A stretch of 64,000 bases of DNA, taken from Eledone cirrhosa. Its lineage: Eukaryota. Positions 37,761 to 53,154 of this stretch are shown here, in pieces. Location: contig OZ024741.1 in NCBI GenBank assembly GCA_964016885.1, positions 112,406,001-112,470,000 of the forward strand, given 5' to 3'. The position numbers and the translations under genes were made by a program. Every line of letters starts with the position of its first letter. Within the stretch, counting starts at the first letter, position 1. The notes beneath the pieces are model-generated. The model worked only from the letters and a program-made list of their open reading frames with translations. It did not search any database and had not been told where the DNA came from.

Positions 37761-40700
37761 TATAAAATACATAAACAAATATGTTATTTGTGATCGATCT
37801 CACATTCAAGATGATTTAATTGGTGTGTGCGTAAAAGAAAATATATAATAATAATAATAAAACCAGGTTTCTCAAATGGTTGTGGGTTTTATTTTCTCAC
37901 ATTTAATGTGAACAATAGTTGAAATTTGTAAATAATTAGGGTTTTATTGTTTAACTAAAAATTATATTTCAAGTGACCTATTTCTGCTTTTATTTCTGTT
38001 TTAAATGATTCATTGATGTACTGAAAAAGTTTGGAAGTTTCACATTTTTTTTTTAAAGAATCATTAGAGCATCAAACAAGATGCTTTGCAGTATTTAGTT
38101 TTGGGCTCCTATATACTGAGTTCAAATCTGTCAAATGTTAGCTTTGCCTTTTATTTTTTAGTGTCAATGGAATAAAGTACCAGTCAAATTGTGGGGTTGA
38201 TTTAATTGACTAAGACTTCCCTTCAAATTAGAAACAATGCACATGGCATTTTACCAGGACACCAGTCTTGGATAGGTTGTCATGTTTTTGACATGACTGA
38301 AAAATCCTTTCAAACCTTTGTTTACAATATACACAGTGCATCTTATTATGGCGCCATTACTACACATGACTGATGAGTCCTGTCAACTATTTTTGACATG
38401 GTGACTACAGCTATATGCCAAGAAAAAAAAAAGAAAAGTTAAAAGCTTTTATGTTTATAGCTTTACCTCCAGTGTGCACTGGGTGCATATTTGGCACCAG
38501 TACTACACTAGAGCTGCTGTCAAGTCCTTTACATGACTAAAGAGACCTCTCAATCCTTTTTGGTATGTTTTTCTAAAACTGAGAGATAAAGTTTAAAAGC
38601 TCTATTTTTTTTTAAATTTTATTTGTCAGCATTCTTCCAGAATGAATTGGCGGGACATGGTGCAGTTTCATGGCAGGAGTGGTAATATATATCTTCTTTG
38701 ATTGTTCTGCCTGAAGATAGATTCTGTCTGATGTACTGTTTGAGTGCAATCAACTTCATATTTCCTTTTGAAGATAAAATATATTATAGAAAGTGAAGTA
38801 TTATCATCTTCATCATCATTACCATCATCATCACTGTCATTACCATCATCATTGTAATCTGCATTATCATTAACATTGCCATCATCATTATTGTCATCAT
38901 CATAATCATCATCATTTAACATCTATTTTCTGTGGTTGCATGGGTTAGATGAGCTGTCTAGTTATGAGGCCAAGCAGGTCAGGCGACCATCTCTTGCTCA
39001 TACACTCTTTTTTTGGTTAGATTTTCTATAGCTGCATGCTCTTCCTAATACCATTCACTTTAGAGTGTGTACTGGGTGCTTTTTTCCTGGCACCAAAACT
39101 TTATAGGGTAGATTGGGTGCTAATTTTCTTTAAGTATATTTCTTGTGATCAGGCTTAAAAACAGAATTTTGTAGGATAGTGGTCAACCTATTAAATGTTT
39201 ATCAATGTATAACAGCTACTAATTTTATTGAGATTTTAGGTGGAAAAAATGCTAACTCATAGGGTTTTAAACCCAGAATATTGATGCATCAATGCAGCAA
39301 CTAGATTATAGTATTCAGTGTGGCATTGTTTAGAATTACCACGAGTGTACTTGTAGCCAATCCAATAACTTGAGATAGATTGAGAAAGAGGAAGAGAGAA
39401 CTAGAAAAACGCATAGAGCGAAAGGAGAATGTGTAAAACATTACACAATGCTTCAATGATATCTTACTTAAAGACAGTAATTCTTCATAACTTACAGAAT
39501 ATTTAGGTCTGTGTGGTTTTATATTTATTAGTTTTGTTTTGGTGGTGAGGATTTTGAACATGATAGTGGTAATGGTAGTATTGGTGTTATCGGTGTTTGT
39601 AGTGAGATTGATGGGAGTGAGAGTGATGAAAAAAATAAATAAGTACAGATTTAAAAATCAGAATTGAATTTATCCAACTGTGTTATGAGATTGGTGTAAC
39701 TCAAGATTCATTTTCTTTGACAGAGATTTTTTTTGTGCAATATCTTTTTCAAAGAAGTTTTCATGCTTTTCTTATTTTTTACTTTCTTGGTAGTATCGGT
39801 TGGGTAGTTAGAATGAATTGTTAACATAACAGGTGATTTACAACTTGATGCAGTTACTAATTCCAACCAATCAACTGACAAGTGGTTGGCGTTAAATAGT
39901 AATATCTATTTTTCTGCAAGCTTGCCAGGGGCAAGTGGAGTAATGTGTTTATTTAAGCACAGTAGATCTGTGACAGGAGGTTGAAAATGACTTATAGTAT
40001 ATAGAAATATTCTCAAAATACATTTACAAAATCATAATGACAAAAAGAAAAAGTAAAAAGGGTTTAGAGAGAAATGGGGAGTGGAGACACTCTACACCCT
40101 TGGATGGACAGTATATCTCAGCTGCACTTTGCAAACAAGATGGCAAAAATCCTTGCAGTGAAGAACAATGTGCAATATTCACTGCATCAAACATTCCACC
40201 TTGTGAGTTTCCTTCCTTAGACATAATTCTCATGTCCTAATTTGGCAGAGGAAGAGAACACTGAAGGTCTCAATGATGATTATGTTCGGCATTTCAGTTA
40301 ATACCTTAGTTTCTGTCACTCACACTTTATAAAAGTGTACGCCTTATGATAAATGGTTGGTTACATGGTTAATATCTATCTATGAACTTGTAACTCCTGA
40401 TGAAGTTGTAGGGTCACCATATTGACATACAGCATTTCTTGGACATTTTTAACCCTAGTGGAGCCCATCTCTTCTCCAGGTCTGAACACAGCTTATTTCT
40501 TCCAGAGAAGGATAGTGAGTGAGAGAAAGGAAATGAGAAATAGATATAGAGGAAGAATCGACCCTAGTACTGAACTGGTTCTTTTTATCAACCTTGAATG
40601 GACAAAAGACAAAGTTGACCTTGGTAGGATTTGAACACAGAGTGCAGAAAACCAGAACGAATACAGCTAAGCATTCTATCTGACATTCTAACAACTCTGT

Positions 40701-41640
40701 CAATTTGCTGCCTTACATGGTTAATATATTAACTTTAATACAGAACTGGTTATAGCTGGTTAGAATATCTCTCTTAACTTTAATATAGAAGTGGTTACGA
40801 CTACTATATCTGTACTAATTTTAATAGAGAATTTTATAGATGTTTAAAAAGGATGTACTATAGAGAGGAATGACAAATTGGCAGAGTCACTAGGAAATCC
40901 TTTGCAGTATTTGTTCTGGTTTTCTTCCCTCCCTGAGTTCAACTTTACTTTTCATTCCTTTGAAGTCACTAAACAAATTACCAGTCCAGTTCTGGGATCA
41001 ATTCTCCCACTATCTCTCTCTCTCATGAATAAATTGGCTGTGTTCATACCTGGAGAAGGTATGGACTTCACTTGGTTTAAAATTATCTAATTATAGACAT
41101 GCTATTGATGTTTTTTTTTTTTCAAATAACTGGAAAAAGAAGCAGTGTCTACAGCCTATGCTGATGTTCCCAGACAGGTGATGTCCATGCATTTAATCTT
41201 TAATTCAAACCACTATAAGTTGGCACCTGAAGAGTAAATGTGGACAGGGAAGTGCTTCCTGACATTTACAGGTATTGGCTGTAAGGATTAGGCAAAGAGG
41301 AGAGGCAAGTTTAATCGTTAGTAAACTTAGATTATGTAAAGTGCGTGGATACACTTTCTTCTAGTTGTTGCTTAGCTCCAACCAATACCAGCATGGAAAG
41401 CAGACATAAAATGATAATGAGGATGATGATGAAACTAAAACATTGTTTAAGTATATGTACTGAAACATGCAAACAGCAATGAAAATATCTAGAGAGTACC
41501 TTACGTAATAACAGATGAATGATTATCTGACAGCCTGTTGGTTTATTTGCAGTTAATGATATCAGAATCTTCAATAGTCATTACCATTTCTCACCTTTTA
41601 AAAATTTTATAGAAAAAAATTGTTGTGTTTATATAATTAA

Positions 41641-41880
41641 CCCCTTTTATAGCAAACAGTCTGAAACCACCAATGGTTCCATGATCCATGATACATAGCT
41701 CTTTATTTTCAAGTGTTTATATTTATCTAAAACTTTCCATCATAATTTTATGTAAGAAACACAAAATTAGTAATGAGAAAATTAATTATACTAATAAAAC
41801 GCTCTAATTTTTTTATTATTTTCAAAATTATTCAAAAATCATAACGAGTGTTTTTCATCAGAAGTATGGTAAGGAAAGGG
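41641..41880. mobile_element. piggyBac-type MITE, second family
   Basis: TTAA|CCCCTTT ... AAAGGG|TTAA; related decayed copies near 1465-1710, 26480-26740, 43810-44040 and 45900-46100. Confidence 0.65.
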
Positions 41881-42554
41881 TTAACCCTTACTATGCTTTA
41901 CTGTAGCTTATATTTTAACCTTTGTCATTAGAAAATTGTTTCTTAGTTTATTCTATGTCAATAAGTTCCCATCATCTATCGTGATAAGTGTTTCTTTTGT
42001 TGATTTTTATATTGTCATATATCTTTTCTTAACAATTTTTCAAATTCTATATGCAAATTAAGTCGTATCTTACTGCCATGGTAATCCACAAAACAATATT
42101 TTAAACTGTGTTGTTGTGTGAGACACACTTATGTATATCAGAAGAAACTGATCTAATTGATTATGCCAATTAATACTACAAGCAACTGATTTCAAATACT
42201 TAAACATTTTGTTTCATTTTTCAACTTCACCATTTAATTGTGTGGCCAAAGGGATGTTGTTGAATGTTTTAAATTAGATTACTTTTAGCTTAGATATTGA
42301 ATAAATTTCTGTGATGCAAATTGTGTGCAATTATCAGTTTTAATGTTTTTCTGGAATGTTTAAAACAGACCATATATGTAAAAATAATGTTGCTACTTGT
42401 AGAAATTCGATGACAAATTCTAACAAAACCATTTACTGATGTAATAAGCTACTACATTTAACAGTTTTGATACTAAAACTACCTCAACCTACCCTTTGTT
42501 TTATGGTTCAATAACTGCTTATCACAAAATGTTTATATTTATCTAAAACCCTTT

Positions 42555-42736
42555 GGATTGGCAGTATCAGTAGAGAGTCGGACGCCATGCTTTCCAGCAT
42601 AGTTACGTCCCTTTACGGTCTGAGTTCAAATCCCGCCGAGGTTAACTTTGCCTTTCATCCTTACGGGGTCGATAAAATAAAGTACCAGTAATGTACTGGG
42701 TAATTGCTGGCCTTGTGCCAAAAGTAGAAACAATTA
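42555..42736 (+). mobile_element. SINE family A, young copy
   Basis: Nearly identical to 58744-58929. Confidence 0.9.
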
Positions 42737-44394
42737 TGATTTTATGTAAAAACCTTTGTTATATTCAAAACACCAAGTTAATAATGAGATAGTGTTTTTA
42801 TTAGAAATATGATAATTAATAAGTTAAGGTAATATCTAGAATTCCAGAAAATTTGTAATTGTCTGTATTTGCAATAATTAAATTAGAGGAGAGTTCCAAA
42901 GAAATAATGGGAATAGAGCCAGTGAAGAATTGAAAAGAAATGGAATGAGATGGTTGAGTCATGTGTTGAGAAAGGAACTGATTGAGAGAAAAGAGAGAAA
43001 GAAAATAATGTGGATGTAGAAAATAATGGGTAAGACCAAAATAGTCATGGCTAAAGATGAGGTTGGTAAGAGGGGATGTAGTGGATAGAGAAAAACTGAG
43101 AAGCCTGTTGTGGGGCCTACAAGGCTAACTTCTACTTTAGTAGGGAAAATGGCTTTAAAACTCTTATTGTTGAAAATTTCTAGAAGAGTTTGTTGAGTAT
43201 CATTTCCATGAAGAGTAAAGAATTGAACATTGCAGATTTTGGCTTTTCTTCTGAGAATGAAAAAAGAGAGAAAGTATCTTTCTTTGGTTACAACCAAAGT
43301 GATACACACCCTTGAACATTCTCACTTTCAGGAAAAGAGTAAGAACATGAAATTCTAGATATTTCATACTCCACGGTATTTGAAGTTACTGAACACTTCT
43401 GTAAACACTTTTACATTTCCCCAACGTTCTCTTGTTTACTCAGATCCCTTTTTAAGCTATGTATTATGGATGATTATGACTTCATGTGTTTATGATACAT
43501 TTTACACATTAGTTTTAGTTCTTGATCCTATGTTAGGTCACTAAACCTTGTTATTGTAACATTGTTTTTGTTCTTATGATTCCCTATTGACCTATGTGAC
43601 CAAGACTTAGTTATTTACTTCTAAACATCATAAGAATGACAAGTTTACTCCCATGCTATCTCAGAATTGATGATCAAATCACAATCCTTTTATAGAGTGT
43701 TAGACTTTCACATTTGCTCTAATCTTTTATAAATATTGCTTCATTAATCAATTTCTGTTCATTCTCATGAACAAAGAAATTTCTAACACTTGGATATCAA
43801 TTATGCTAAACCCTTTTGAGACCAAACTGCCTGAAACTGACCCTAGTTATATGGTAGAAAGATATTTATTTTTAAATGTTTGTATGTATCTAAAAAAAAA
43901 GAACTCCATTCTAATTCTATGTAAGAAACTTTAAGCTATACTCCAAATACCAGCTTGTTTATTAAAAAAATGTTATATTACTAAATCTCTGCAAGTTCTT
44001 AATTATTTACAAAATAATTGGAAAATGATAATCATTGTTGTTCTTTTTGATTGCTAATTTTGATTGCTCAGCAAAAAGGTCTGCTCTACACTCTTGTATC
44101 ATATGTGCTCTTTATCGTATGCAACAGTTATTGTTGTTTAGCTAGCCCTATTGAGCAGATTTATGATCAAAGACCATCTGGTATTTTTATATGTACTTTT
44201 GGACATTATCAAATGTGCCCTGTTATTTTTTTTCTTTTTATAAATGGAAGGATGTGATTTGAAGGAAGTTAGTTGTCATTTCCTGCAGCTCAAGTTGGAA
44301 AAATTCTTTGTTCTAGAAGTGTGTCTATTTCTAACATCAAATTGTGATTTAGTTTTATTTAATGTTAAGCCCTAATTTTATGAGTTATCAACAT

Positions 44395-45625
44395 CATTTC
44401 TACGTCCGTATTTCCATGGTTGCATGGTTTGAATGGGTCCTTCTCCACACAGCATCTCATCTCTTCACTCGTTGAGTTTCTTCATCATCTCTTCTATGAA
44501 TCTAAACAATCTGAGGTCATCGCTCACTACCTCTGCTCAGGTATTTCTTGGTCCACCGCTACTGCAGCTTCCTTCCACTGGTACTTTTTCACCCATCAAT
44601 CATCATCCATGCACATCACATGTCCGTACCAATGCAGTCTTATCTCCTGTATACCTCGGATTCCTCTTCAAACCAGTTTCTTCATCAGTTCATCCAAGCT
44701 CTGCCTTTCTCTCACATTGACATTGCACATCCAACAGAGCATGGCTGCTTCACTTCTCGTCAATCTACACGTCTTCTGCAGTCACTGCCCATGTTTCACT
44801 ACCATGCAACATTGCACTTCATACACAGATGTCATACAATCGTCCTCTTGTACATAAGAAGAAACCTTTTGTTGTCAACAGTAGGAGTAGCTCTCTAAAC
44901 GTCTTCCATCCTACCCTTATTCTAGCTATTATGCTCTCAGAGCACCCTCCTCCACTGCTAATTAAGTCACCTAGATAGCAGAAGCTATCAACCACTTCTA
45001 TGGACCCTTCCTGTGACTTGAAGAGGTTTATATCACTGCCGTTCTTTCCTTTGATTACTCCTGTGAATCTTCTACAAAGTTTTCCTTTTCTGTTAGTCTA
45101 TTTGTTATCCCACTATATCTCTTGTGTACCCAAGATTTACATTGTGTACACCATATGGAGTTTATACCTACTCCTTTTCTACATATTGAGCAGGGCCTCT
45201 TCTCTGAAGGTATCAAGGTCCTATCTTCTTTCCTACTCACTAACACTTTAGTTTTGACTAATTTTACACTCAGACTTTTTGATTCCAAATTCTGTTTCCA
45301 TAGTCAGAACTTATTTTCTAGTTCTTTTATGGATTTGGCTATAAGGACCAGATCCTCTGCATAGAGAAGTTCCCATGGACAGCCAGTTTTAAACTCTTCT
45401 GTTATGATCCTGGAGGATTATGATGAACAGCAGTGGGCTAAGAAATGAACGTTGATGGACTCCTACCTGTACCTTGAATTCTTTACCAAACTCACTTCCT
45501 ACTCTCACTTTACTGACAGCTCCTCTGTAGATGGTTTGCACTGCTCTCACAAGCCATTCTTCACCTAATTTCCTTAAGGACCACCAAATAATGGATTGAG
45601 GGGGGTCTGTCAAAGGCCGTTTCTA
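44395..45625 (-). mobile_element. RTE LINE 3' fragment (family of 3231-6450)
   Basis: VHQRSFLSPLLF, KTKVLV..PCSICRKGVGINSI; shared 3' tail. Confidence 0.9.
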
Positions 45626-46679
45626 GAATAATTAAGGAAAAAAAATTCAAGTTTGCATCATACTTTCATGAGTAAAAGCAAAAACAAGAATAGCTTTCAG
45701 ATATATGACTTATCTGATTATACATTTTCTGTGTGTATCTGGTTTAGAATAGGTACTCTGAATTCATGTGTGTTGTATGAGGCAGCTAAAAGAGTTGGTT
45801 CCAGAAAGGGCTTCTGACTGTACAACATCACTTCAATAAGGGCCCTATGATCAATATGAAGGCTTACCATTGCATCACTTCACTTATGTAATTTTAACCC
45901 TTTCATTTCAATTCTAATTTTCATGATACAAATTTTATCACTATTGAACTGGTGTTTGGAACATAACTTAACAAAGACAAAGATTCTTACATAAAATTTT
46001 GATGGAAGATATTTAGATAAGCATAAACACCTTAAAATTAACCACTTTATGCTGTGGAACCAAGAGCAATTTCAGGTAGTTTAGTTTTAAAAGGGTTTTA
46101 AGTTATTCCAAAGCAAACTATTTTTCTATGTAACTCAAATAGTGCTGAGTTAGACTCTTGGGAAACAGATGTAATTATTTTATCAATAAATAATTTTGGT
46201 TGGAAAATGCTTAATTTACCAAAGCCATTAAATATGACTTCAAAATTGCCTTGTGCAAGAAGGCAGTTTATATTCAAATGAACGACATTCAAATCCTTTG
46301 ACATTTATACTCCCAGTATTTGTTGTCCACATCCATTAATTACCAAATGTTCCAATGACATAAATTCATCATGATATTAAACATCAGTAATAAATTTTTC
46401 AATTACTTTTATTGGCTCAGAGCCATAATTGAAAATATAGTGACATCTCCATTGACTAGAGAGTTATTTTCCCTGTCTTTTAATGTATTCCATGCCTCGA
46501 TATTGATGGTTTGACTAGCAAGTTATTTTTCATTTTCTTTAACATATTCCATGTCACAGTAATGTCGCCAATTATTAAAGAACTTGAATTAATAAAATGT
46601 TGGAAGAGAATGTTATCAACAGAACAAGTGTCCTTTATTTTCTTTTATACTGTCATTATCATTTTAAGGCATAATGGGG

Positions 46680-46870
46680 CTGTGGATAGATAGTATCGGT
46701 AGAATGTCGGACAACCTGCTGTTTATTTTCTGATTTCAAATCTCGTCGAGGTTAGCTTTGGTTTTCATTTTTACAAGGTAAATAAAATAAAGCACCAGTA
46801 ATGAACCGGGGTCAATTTAATCGAATTTACCTTCCTCCAAATTGTTGGCCTTGTTCCTAAATCAGCAACC
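46680..46870 (+). mobile_element. Diverged SINE family A
   Basis: Recognisable head, body and tail. Confidence 0.6.
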
Positions 46871-47208
46871 ATTATTTTAAAGTATAATAGGCACAGCATA
46901 ATTGAGTGGTTAAATGTTTGCTTGGCAATCATAAGTTCTGAGTTCAATTCCACTGCCTGGTCTAACCTTGCTTTGACCCAAGTCTTTTGAGTGAAATTAG
47001 GTAGAAAGTGGATGAACTATGCCAGTACAAACCTTGTTACATCTTGTGTCATGCTGATTTGGCTTGGGGTTCATGTTAAGGGTACACATGCTTGTGGAGT
47101 ACTCGATATTCATGTCATGGATATTGAGATGATTGAACAGCTGAAAGGTGAAAAGGTGAGCATTGAAACCAACAAAGGGTCCATCATCATCATCGTCATA
47201 ATAATAAT

Positions 47209-47404
47209 TGTTTCTACTTTTGGCACAAGGCCAGCAATTATCCCAGTGTATTACTGGTACTTTATTTTATCAACCCCGTAAGGATGAAAGGCAAAGTTAA
47301 CCTCAGCGGGATTTGAACTCAGACCATAAAGGGCCGTAACTCTTTGCTACAAAGCATGGTGTCCGACCCTCTACCGATACTGCCAATCCACCCCCCCTAC
47401 CCAA
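47209..47404 (-). mobile_element. SINE family A with ~15-bp TSD
   Basis: CGTCATrATAATAAT at 47194-47208 and 47405-47419. Confidence 0.9.
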
Positions 47405-47699
47405 CGTCATGATAATAATGAAGTAAACTACTAAAAGTGAATGAACTTCAAGACAATTTCCATAATGTTCTGTAATATTCGTTTCATCATCATTAGCATA
47501 TATTTTTTTAGAAGTTGTAGCATTCCAATAAGTAAAGGAAAGAAGGAAAAGAACCCCTTTGGGTCAATATTGACCAAGTTATTCTGTAATCATAAATGAT
47601 TAATTTTGGATTAACCATTCTGAGGTACAAGCCTGGGCAGGGTGTTATGTGGAAAGCCACCAGCCGATACAGATTTGCCACCACAATGTCACAATTCAT

Positions 47700-47838
47700 T
47701 TTTTCCAGCTGCGTGGACTGGAGCAAAATGAAATAAAGTGTCTTGCTCAAGGACACAATTCACTGCCTAGTGCATGAATTGAACTCACCACCTCTCAATT
47801 ATGAGTCTAGTATCCTAACCACTAAGCCCCATGGCTTC
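47700..47838 (-). mobile_element. SINE-B-like tRNA head fragment
   Basis: TGGGGCTTAGTGGTTAG..GAGTTCAATTC..TGTGTCCTTGAGCAAGACAC on the minus strand. Confidence 0.65.
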
Positions 47839-48426
47839 ACAAATATTCAATACATTTACATTTAGTATGTTGAACATTCTTTATTGGACACTGTTTTCCT
47901 CGTATTGTTAGTTCAATTAGAATGAAAACATTTGAATTTGCAACACATGGTAAAATATTTGATGTGTTTATTCCTTCTGGTATCAAATTACTTTTAATGA
48001 AAGATTTGAAGTGATTCACTAAAATTATTATTTCATTATCAAGATGGTAGATGTAAAATATCAAAAGGTTATTTATACCTAAGTATGCTAGATTTTCATT
48101 TGAATAGGAACTTTTTAAAGTCTTGTTTTGTCTCATAAAATCAAAATGGTCTTGGGTGGGTTTGTATCAATAGGGTCAAATAACTTTTCTTCTCTAAAGA
48201 TGAGGTTAATAATGTAAAAAATTATACTCTTATTAACAGCAATTAATTGTAGACATTTAGGCATTACATATTCATGATTGTAAATAGATACAGCAGTTGA
48301 ACTTGATCTTTACACTTTACAACATGTTTACTTGTAAATTAATGGAATGTATGAAGTTTCCTTTATAAAATGATAGTAAAAAGTATAAATATTGAATGAA
48401 ACTTTATTATTAGTGAAACAAATAAT

Positions 48427-48606
48427 TGTTTCTACTTTAGGCACAAGGCCAGCAAATTACCCAGTGCATTACTGGTACTTTATTTTATCGACCCCGTAAG
48501 GATGAAAGGCAAAGTCAACCTCGGCGGGATTTGAACTCAGATCATAAAGGGACGTAACTATGCTGGAAAGCATGGCGTCCGACCCTCTACCGATACTGCC
48601 AATCCA
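48427..48606 (-). mobile_element. SINE family A with 15-bp TSD
   Basis: AGTGAAACAAATAAT at 48412-48426 and 48607-48621. Confidence 0.9.
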
Positions 48607-51600
48607 AGTGAAACAAATAATGATATTCAATATTACAATACCTGACACAACACATCTGTATTGAGAAGAAAAATTTAATGGGTATGCACATAAGCATGGC
48701 CAAGTTGTTAAGAAGTTTGTTTTGCAATCACGTTGTCCTAAGTTCGATCTGAGTGACATATTGGATAAGTGTGTTTACTATAGTCTCAGGTCAACTGAAG
48801 CCTTGTAAGTGAAACTGGATAAATGGAAACAGTCTGGAAGCCTGTTGAATGGGTTGTACCTGGCTTGGGAGTCACATTAGGATACACGTCTGTGAAATTC
48901 TCAGCTACTTACATGTAAATACACAAGTTGGAGGACATCAAGTTTATAAAAAACTAAATACTCAATTTCCAAACCAAGAGGAGACTCCATTTTACAGGTA
49001 TATATATCCAAATATTTGAAGCCAGTTATAAAGTTATATTCTCTGAGATTTAAAAAAAACATAAAAAATATCCTAATCTTTTTGTATACAGTTACAAACA
49101 ATAATTATACACATATATCAGATTTCTATTTTGACATATATCAGTGTAGCAGTAATTATTTAGGGCCTTTGTAGATCTTGTGAGACAGAAAATCTACACC
49201 TGGGGAGTTCCTCTCCAAAGCACAGACCTGGGAATGGAGACTGTTTTATGGAAGACCAGCAGTCACCTACATATAGAATTTTCCCCTTTCCATGTCTCCA
49301 ATTTTGTCTAAGAAAAAGAGAAAGGCTGGTACAGCTTGACACCAGTGACATTGCAGATGACCTCAGAATGCAAATGACCAAATGCGATATCAAAAGGCAT
49401 CACTTTTTACACTCTAACAATCCACCAATCTATCATCTTAGACAAGTACTTAATTTATGGACCCTGAATGATGAAAGGCAAAGTTGACCTTCACATGATT
49501 TGAACTAAGAGCATAAAGAGCTGGATAAATGCAGTAAAGTATCCAATCTGATGTTCTAACATGTCTGATGATGATGATAGCATTTGTATTAGACATCTTA
49601 TATCTACCTAGCTTGACAATCAAGTAGTTGCTCCATATAGAATTGCTACTTCGCTGAATTGAGAGATCACAGCTCTGATACTGCAGACATGTGGTCAGAA
49701 TGTCTAAGGAAAGAATCACTTGACAGATTTTATAGGTGAGACCTAAGGGTAGACCCTTAGCAAGATGGTTGGATAACATCCATGAGCTCAGTTGGCTTCA
49801 TTGGGGATTCAGCCAGATCAATTGAAGACAGTTGTATCTAACAGGACCTGCAAGAAGGCGTGCTTGAAGCTCTGCCCTTATGACCCACCCACAAATAAGT
49901 AGGCAAAGAAGAAGGCACCTTGTGAAATATTATATCACCCAAGATCATCTGAGGCATTAGATGTGCATTATAAAAAGGAAAAAAGCTGATTCTCAGATCA
50001 GACTTAGGAAACTGTTTCTATTGGTCTTTCTTTTGATGATATCTGCCATTGACAACTCCTGACAGAAGTCCCATCACTTTTCTGGTGTCAGAAGGAAGGA
50101 TTTGAATGCAGAATGCATAAAACCAGAACAGATACCACAAAGTATTCCATCCAACTTTTTAACAATTTCATCAATTCGCTATCCATGGACTGGTGATTTA
50201 TTTATCGACATAAATTGAATGAAAGGAAATTTTGGCATTGGCATGATGTGAACCCAGAATGTAGAGAATCAAAACAAGAACATTAAATGTAAAACATTTT
50301 ATCTAACATTCTAGTCATTCACAAGTAACCATTCCTAGATCTCATAAGTAACTCTTTTCTCTGCAGAGAATACTGCTATGATCCATTGTTAGGAAATCCC
50401 ACTATAGCGTGATGGTTTCAATTGTTAACCCAGTAGAAATGTGATGCAGCTATATTGATTGGTAATCTAATAGTGACTTGGGTTTGCCAATTGGATTCAG
50501 TTTGAGGGTTTCTCTTCAAATACTGTCTATTTACATTCTATTTTCTCATAATTCATATCAAGAAAGAGAATAGCAATCCAATGCCTTATGTGAATGCTGT
50601 GCACTGTATTGATGTAAAGAAATTCTAAGTTTTTGGTATATAGTTCTAGATTCTATATATTTTTATGTATATATTTATTACTGTTTTATTGATCATATAT
50701 AGATTATTCATTGAAATTTCTATTACTAAAAGCAATTCATACACACACTACAGATGCCCTATATAAGCCTTATGAGTAAAATTTGATAGACAGAAACTAT
50801 GTAGAACTCATCACACACACACACACTCACACTCATCATCATCATCATCATCACCACCACATTATGTCTGCTGTTCCATGTTTGCATGGTTTGGTTGGGG
50901 CTTTCTCAGTTCAGCATCTCTCCACTTGCGTTCCTCTGTCTTCCTTGGTCTACATCTACTGAAGATTCCCTCCATCCATGTGCATCACCTGTCCATACCA
51001 TGACAGTCTCTTGCACACTATATTTGATTCCTCTTATTTCTAGTTTCTCTCTCAGTTCATCCATTCTTTGTTGTTCTCATACATTAACATTGCTCATCCA
51101 CTGAAGCATGCTTAACTGATTTCTGTTAAGCCTTCATATATCCTCTGCCCATGTTTCACTACCATGCAGCATAGCACTTCACACACAGATGTCATACAGC
51201 TCACCTTTGGTTTGTTGGGAGAAACCTTTTGTTGTTAGCAGAAGTAGTAGTTCCTTTAACCTCTTCCATCATGTCCTTATTATAGCTGCTATTCGCCCAC
51301 TGCTAATTAGATCACCTAGGTAGCAGAAGTTATCAATCATTTCTATGGATCCTTCCTGGGATTGGAAAAGGTTTATATTATTAGTACTCTTACTATCAAA
51401 TGACCCTGAACATCTACTACTTACAAAGTCTTCCTTTCCTATTAGTCTGCCTGATATCCCACTACACCTCTTGTGTATTCAAGATTTGCATTGTGTACAT
51501 CATATAGAGTTTAAGCTTATTCATTTTCTACATATCCATCAAGGGTACGTACCTGATGATATCAGAGCTCTATCTTCTTTCCTACTTCTTAACACTTTTT

Positions 51601-53060
51601 CTGCTAAGTTTATTCTCAGACATTTTGATTCTAAATTCTATTTCCACGGCCAGAATTTATTATCTAGCTCTTCCACAGATTAAGCTATGAGGACTAAATC
51701 ATTGGCATACAGAATTTCCCATGGATATCTAATCTTAAACTATTCTGTTGTGATCTGGAGGACTATGATAAACAGAAGTGGGTAAATAACTGAACCCTGA
51801 TGTATTCCTACATATACATTCAATTTCTCACTTTACTGACATCTCTGTTTATGGCTTGTAATGCTCTTATAGCGGGATACTGGGTTGTATGAATGTAACA
51901 AGGAGACATGGTTTGTGTGTATAATATTTAATCAACAATTTAACAGTATAGTTGACATGTCAATGAATAAACGAAAGAATGAAGCAAAGTTAGTAGTTAC
52001 CGTTTTGATTGCCAGGCAAACGCGGCTGGCAGAAGACGCCTGGCGAAAGCCAGGCGCCGGAAGGGCAAATGAGAGGGTGAGAACTTAAAGTTGTTAGTTT
52101 TATAGGGTTCTGACCGGAAGTTACAGAAAGGGTTCTACTTCCTGTCTAGATGGTGTTAATCTATTGGGGTTGTGTGTGTCACAACCAGGGAGACAACTCC
52201 TGCTACATAACCTCCCGCCAGAATTTTAGAATATAAAAATCGAATGAAATATGTATGCAGCAGGTTGGCGAGAATGTTGTAACAGGCATGAAAATTACGA
52301 CAAAAAAAATAATGTTTGCAAAAATCAATGATAGATATCAAGGTAGCCAACCGCTTTTGGCCAGAGAACGACTGGACATCTATCTATTCATCACCCAAAG
52401 ATACAATGTAATAAAGTAAGAGAAGAGCTCAAAGTTCAAATGTACAAAATATAGTTCACAGGTGTGCAATCACATGACAGCAGGAAAGAAAGTGTGTTCC
52501 AGAGAATGAATGCAGGTGGTTTCTGTTCTGTGGTATATCGTGAAATTTCCAACCTCCGAATGGATTTTCTCACAGGAAGAGTGCTGCAAAAATAAATTCT
52601 CTGGCTTGTTCTGCTGGTTTTGGTTGTTGGTGAAGCTGTGTTGCTGTTGATGTTGTCTCGCGGAGTGAGCGTATTCGGTGTTTAAATTCACAGTAAAAAA
52701 AAAAAAAATTTTTTCAGAAAAAATGAGTTGCGCAAAGTGTTAGAAATAACAGCCGAAGTTGATGGTCGATATTGAGAATGCGTTGACCTGGAAGGGTCAA
52801 GAGGCCAGCGGTCATGTGATTGCACACCTGTGAACTATATTTTGTACATTTGAACTTTGAGCTCTTCTCTTACTTTATTACATTGTATCTTTGGGTGATG
52901 GATAGATAGATGTCCAGTCGTTCTCTGGCCAAGAGCGGTTGGCTACCTTGATATCTATCATTGATTTTTGCAAACATTCTTTTGTCGTAATTTTCATGCC
53001 TGTTACAACATTCTCGCCAAATTGCTACATATTTCATTCGATTTTTATATTCTAAAATTC

Positions 53061-53073
53061 TGGCGGGAGGTTA
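53061..53073 (+). other. Polypurine tract upstream of LTR
   Basis: TGGCGGGAGGTTA|TGTAGC; mirror copy at 52208-52220. Confidence 0.7.
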
Positions 53074-53154
53074 TGTAGCAGTTGCCTCCCTTGTTGTGAC
53101 TCACAACCCCAATAGATTAACAACATCTAGACGGGAAGTAGAACCCTTTCTGTA

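Noticed and set aside
38370-38410. CTGATGAGTC..GAC hairpin
   Set aside because: No GAAA half-core
51885-52088. 67-aa ORF repeated three times, plus mirrored 100-aa and 60-aa ORFs at 53593-54033
   Set aside because: By-products of LTR triplication and the palindrome; antisense to the LTR promoter or lacking any domain motif
52479-52810. Possible integrase C-terminal remnant in spacer C
   Set aside because: No convincing motif in the frames I read
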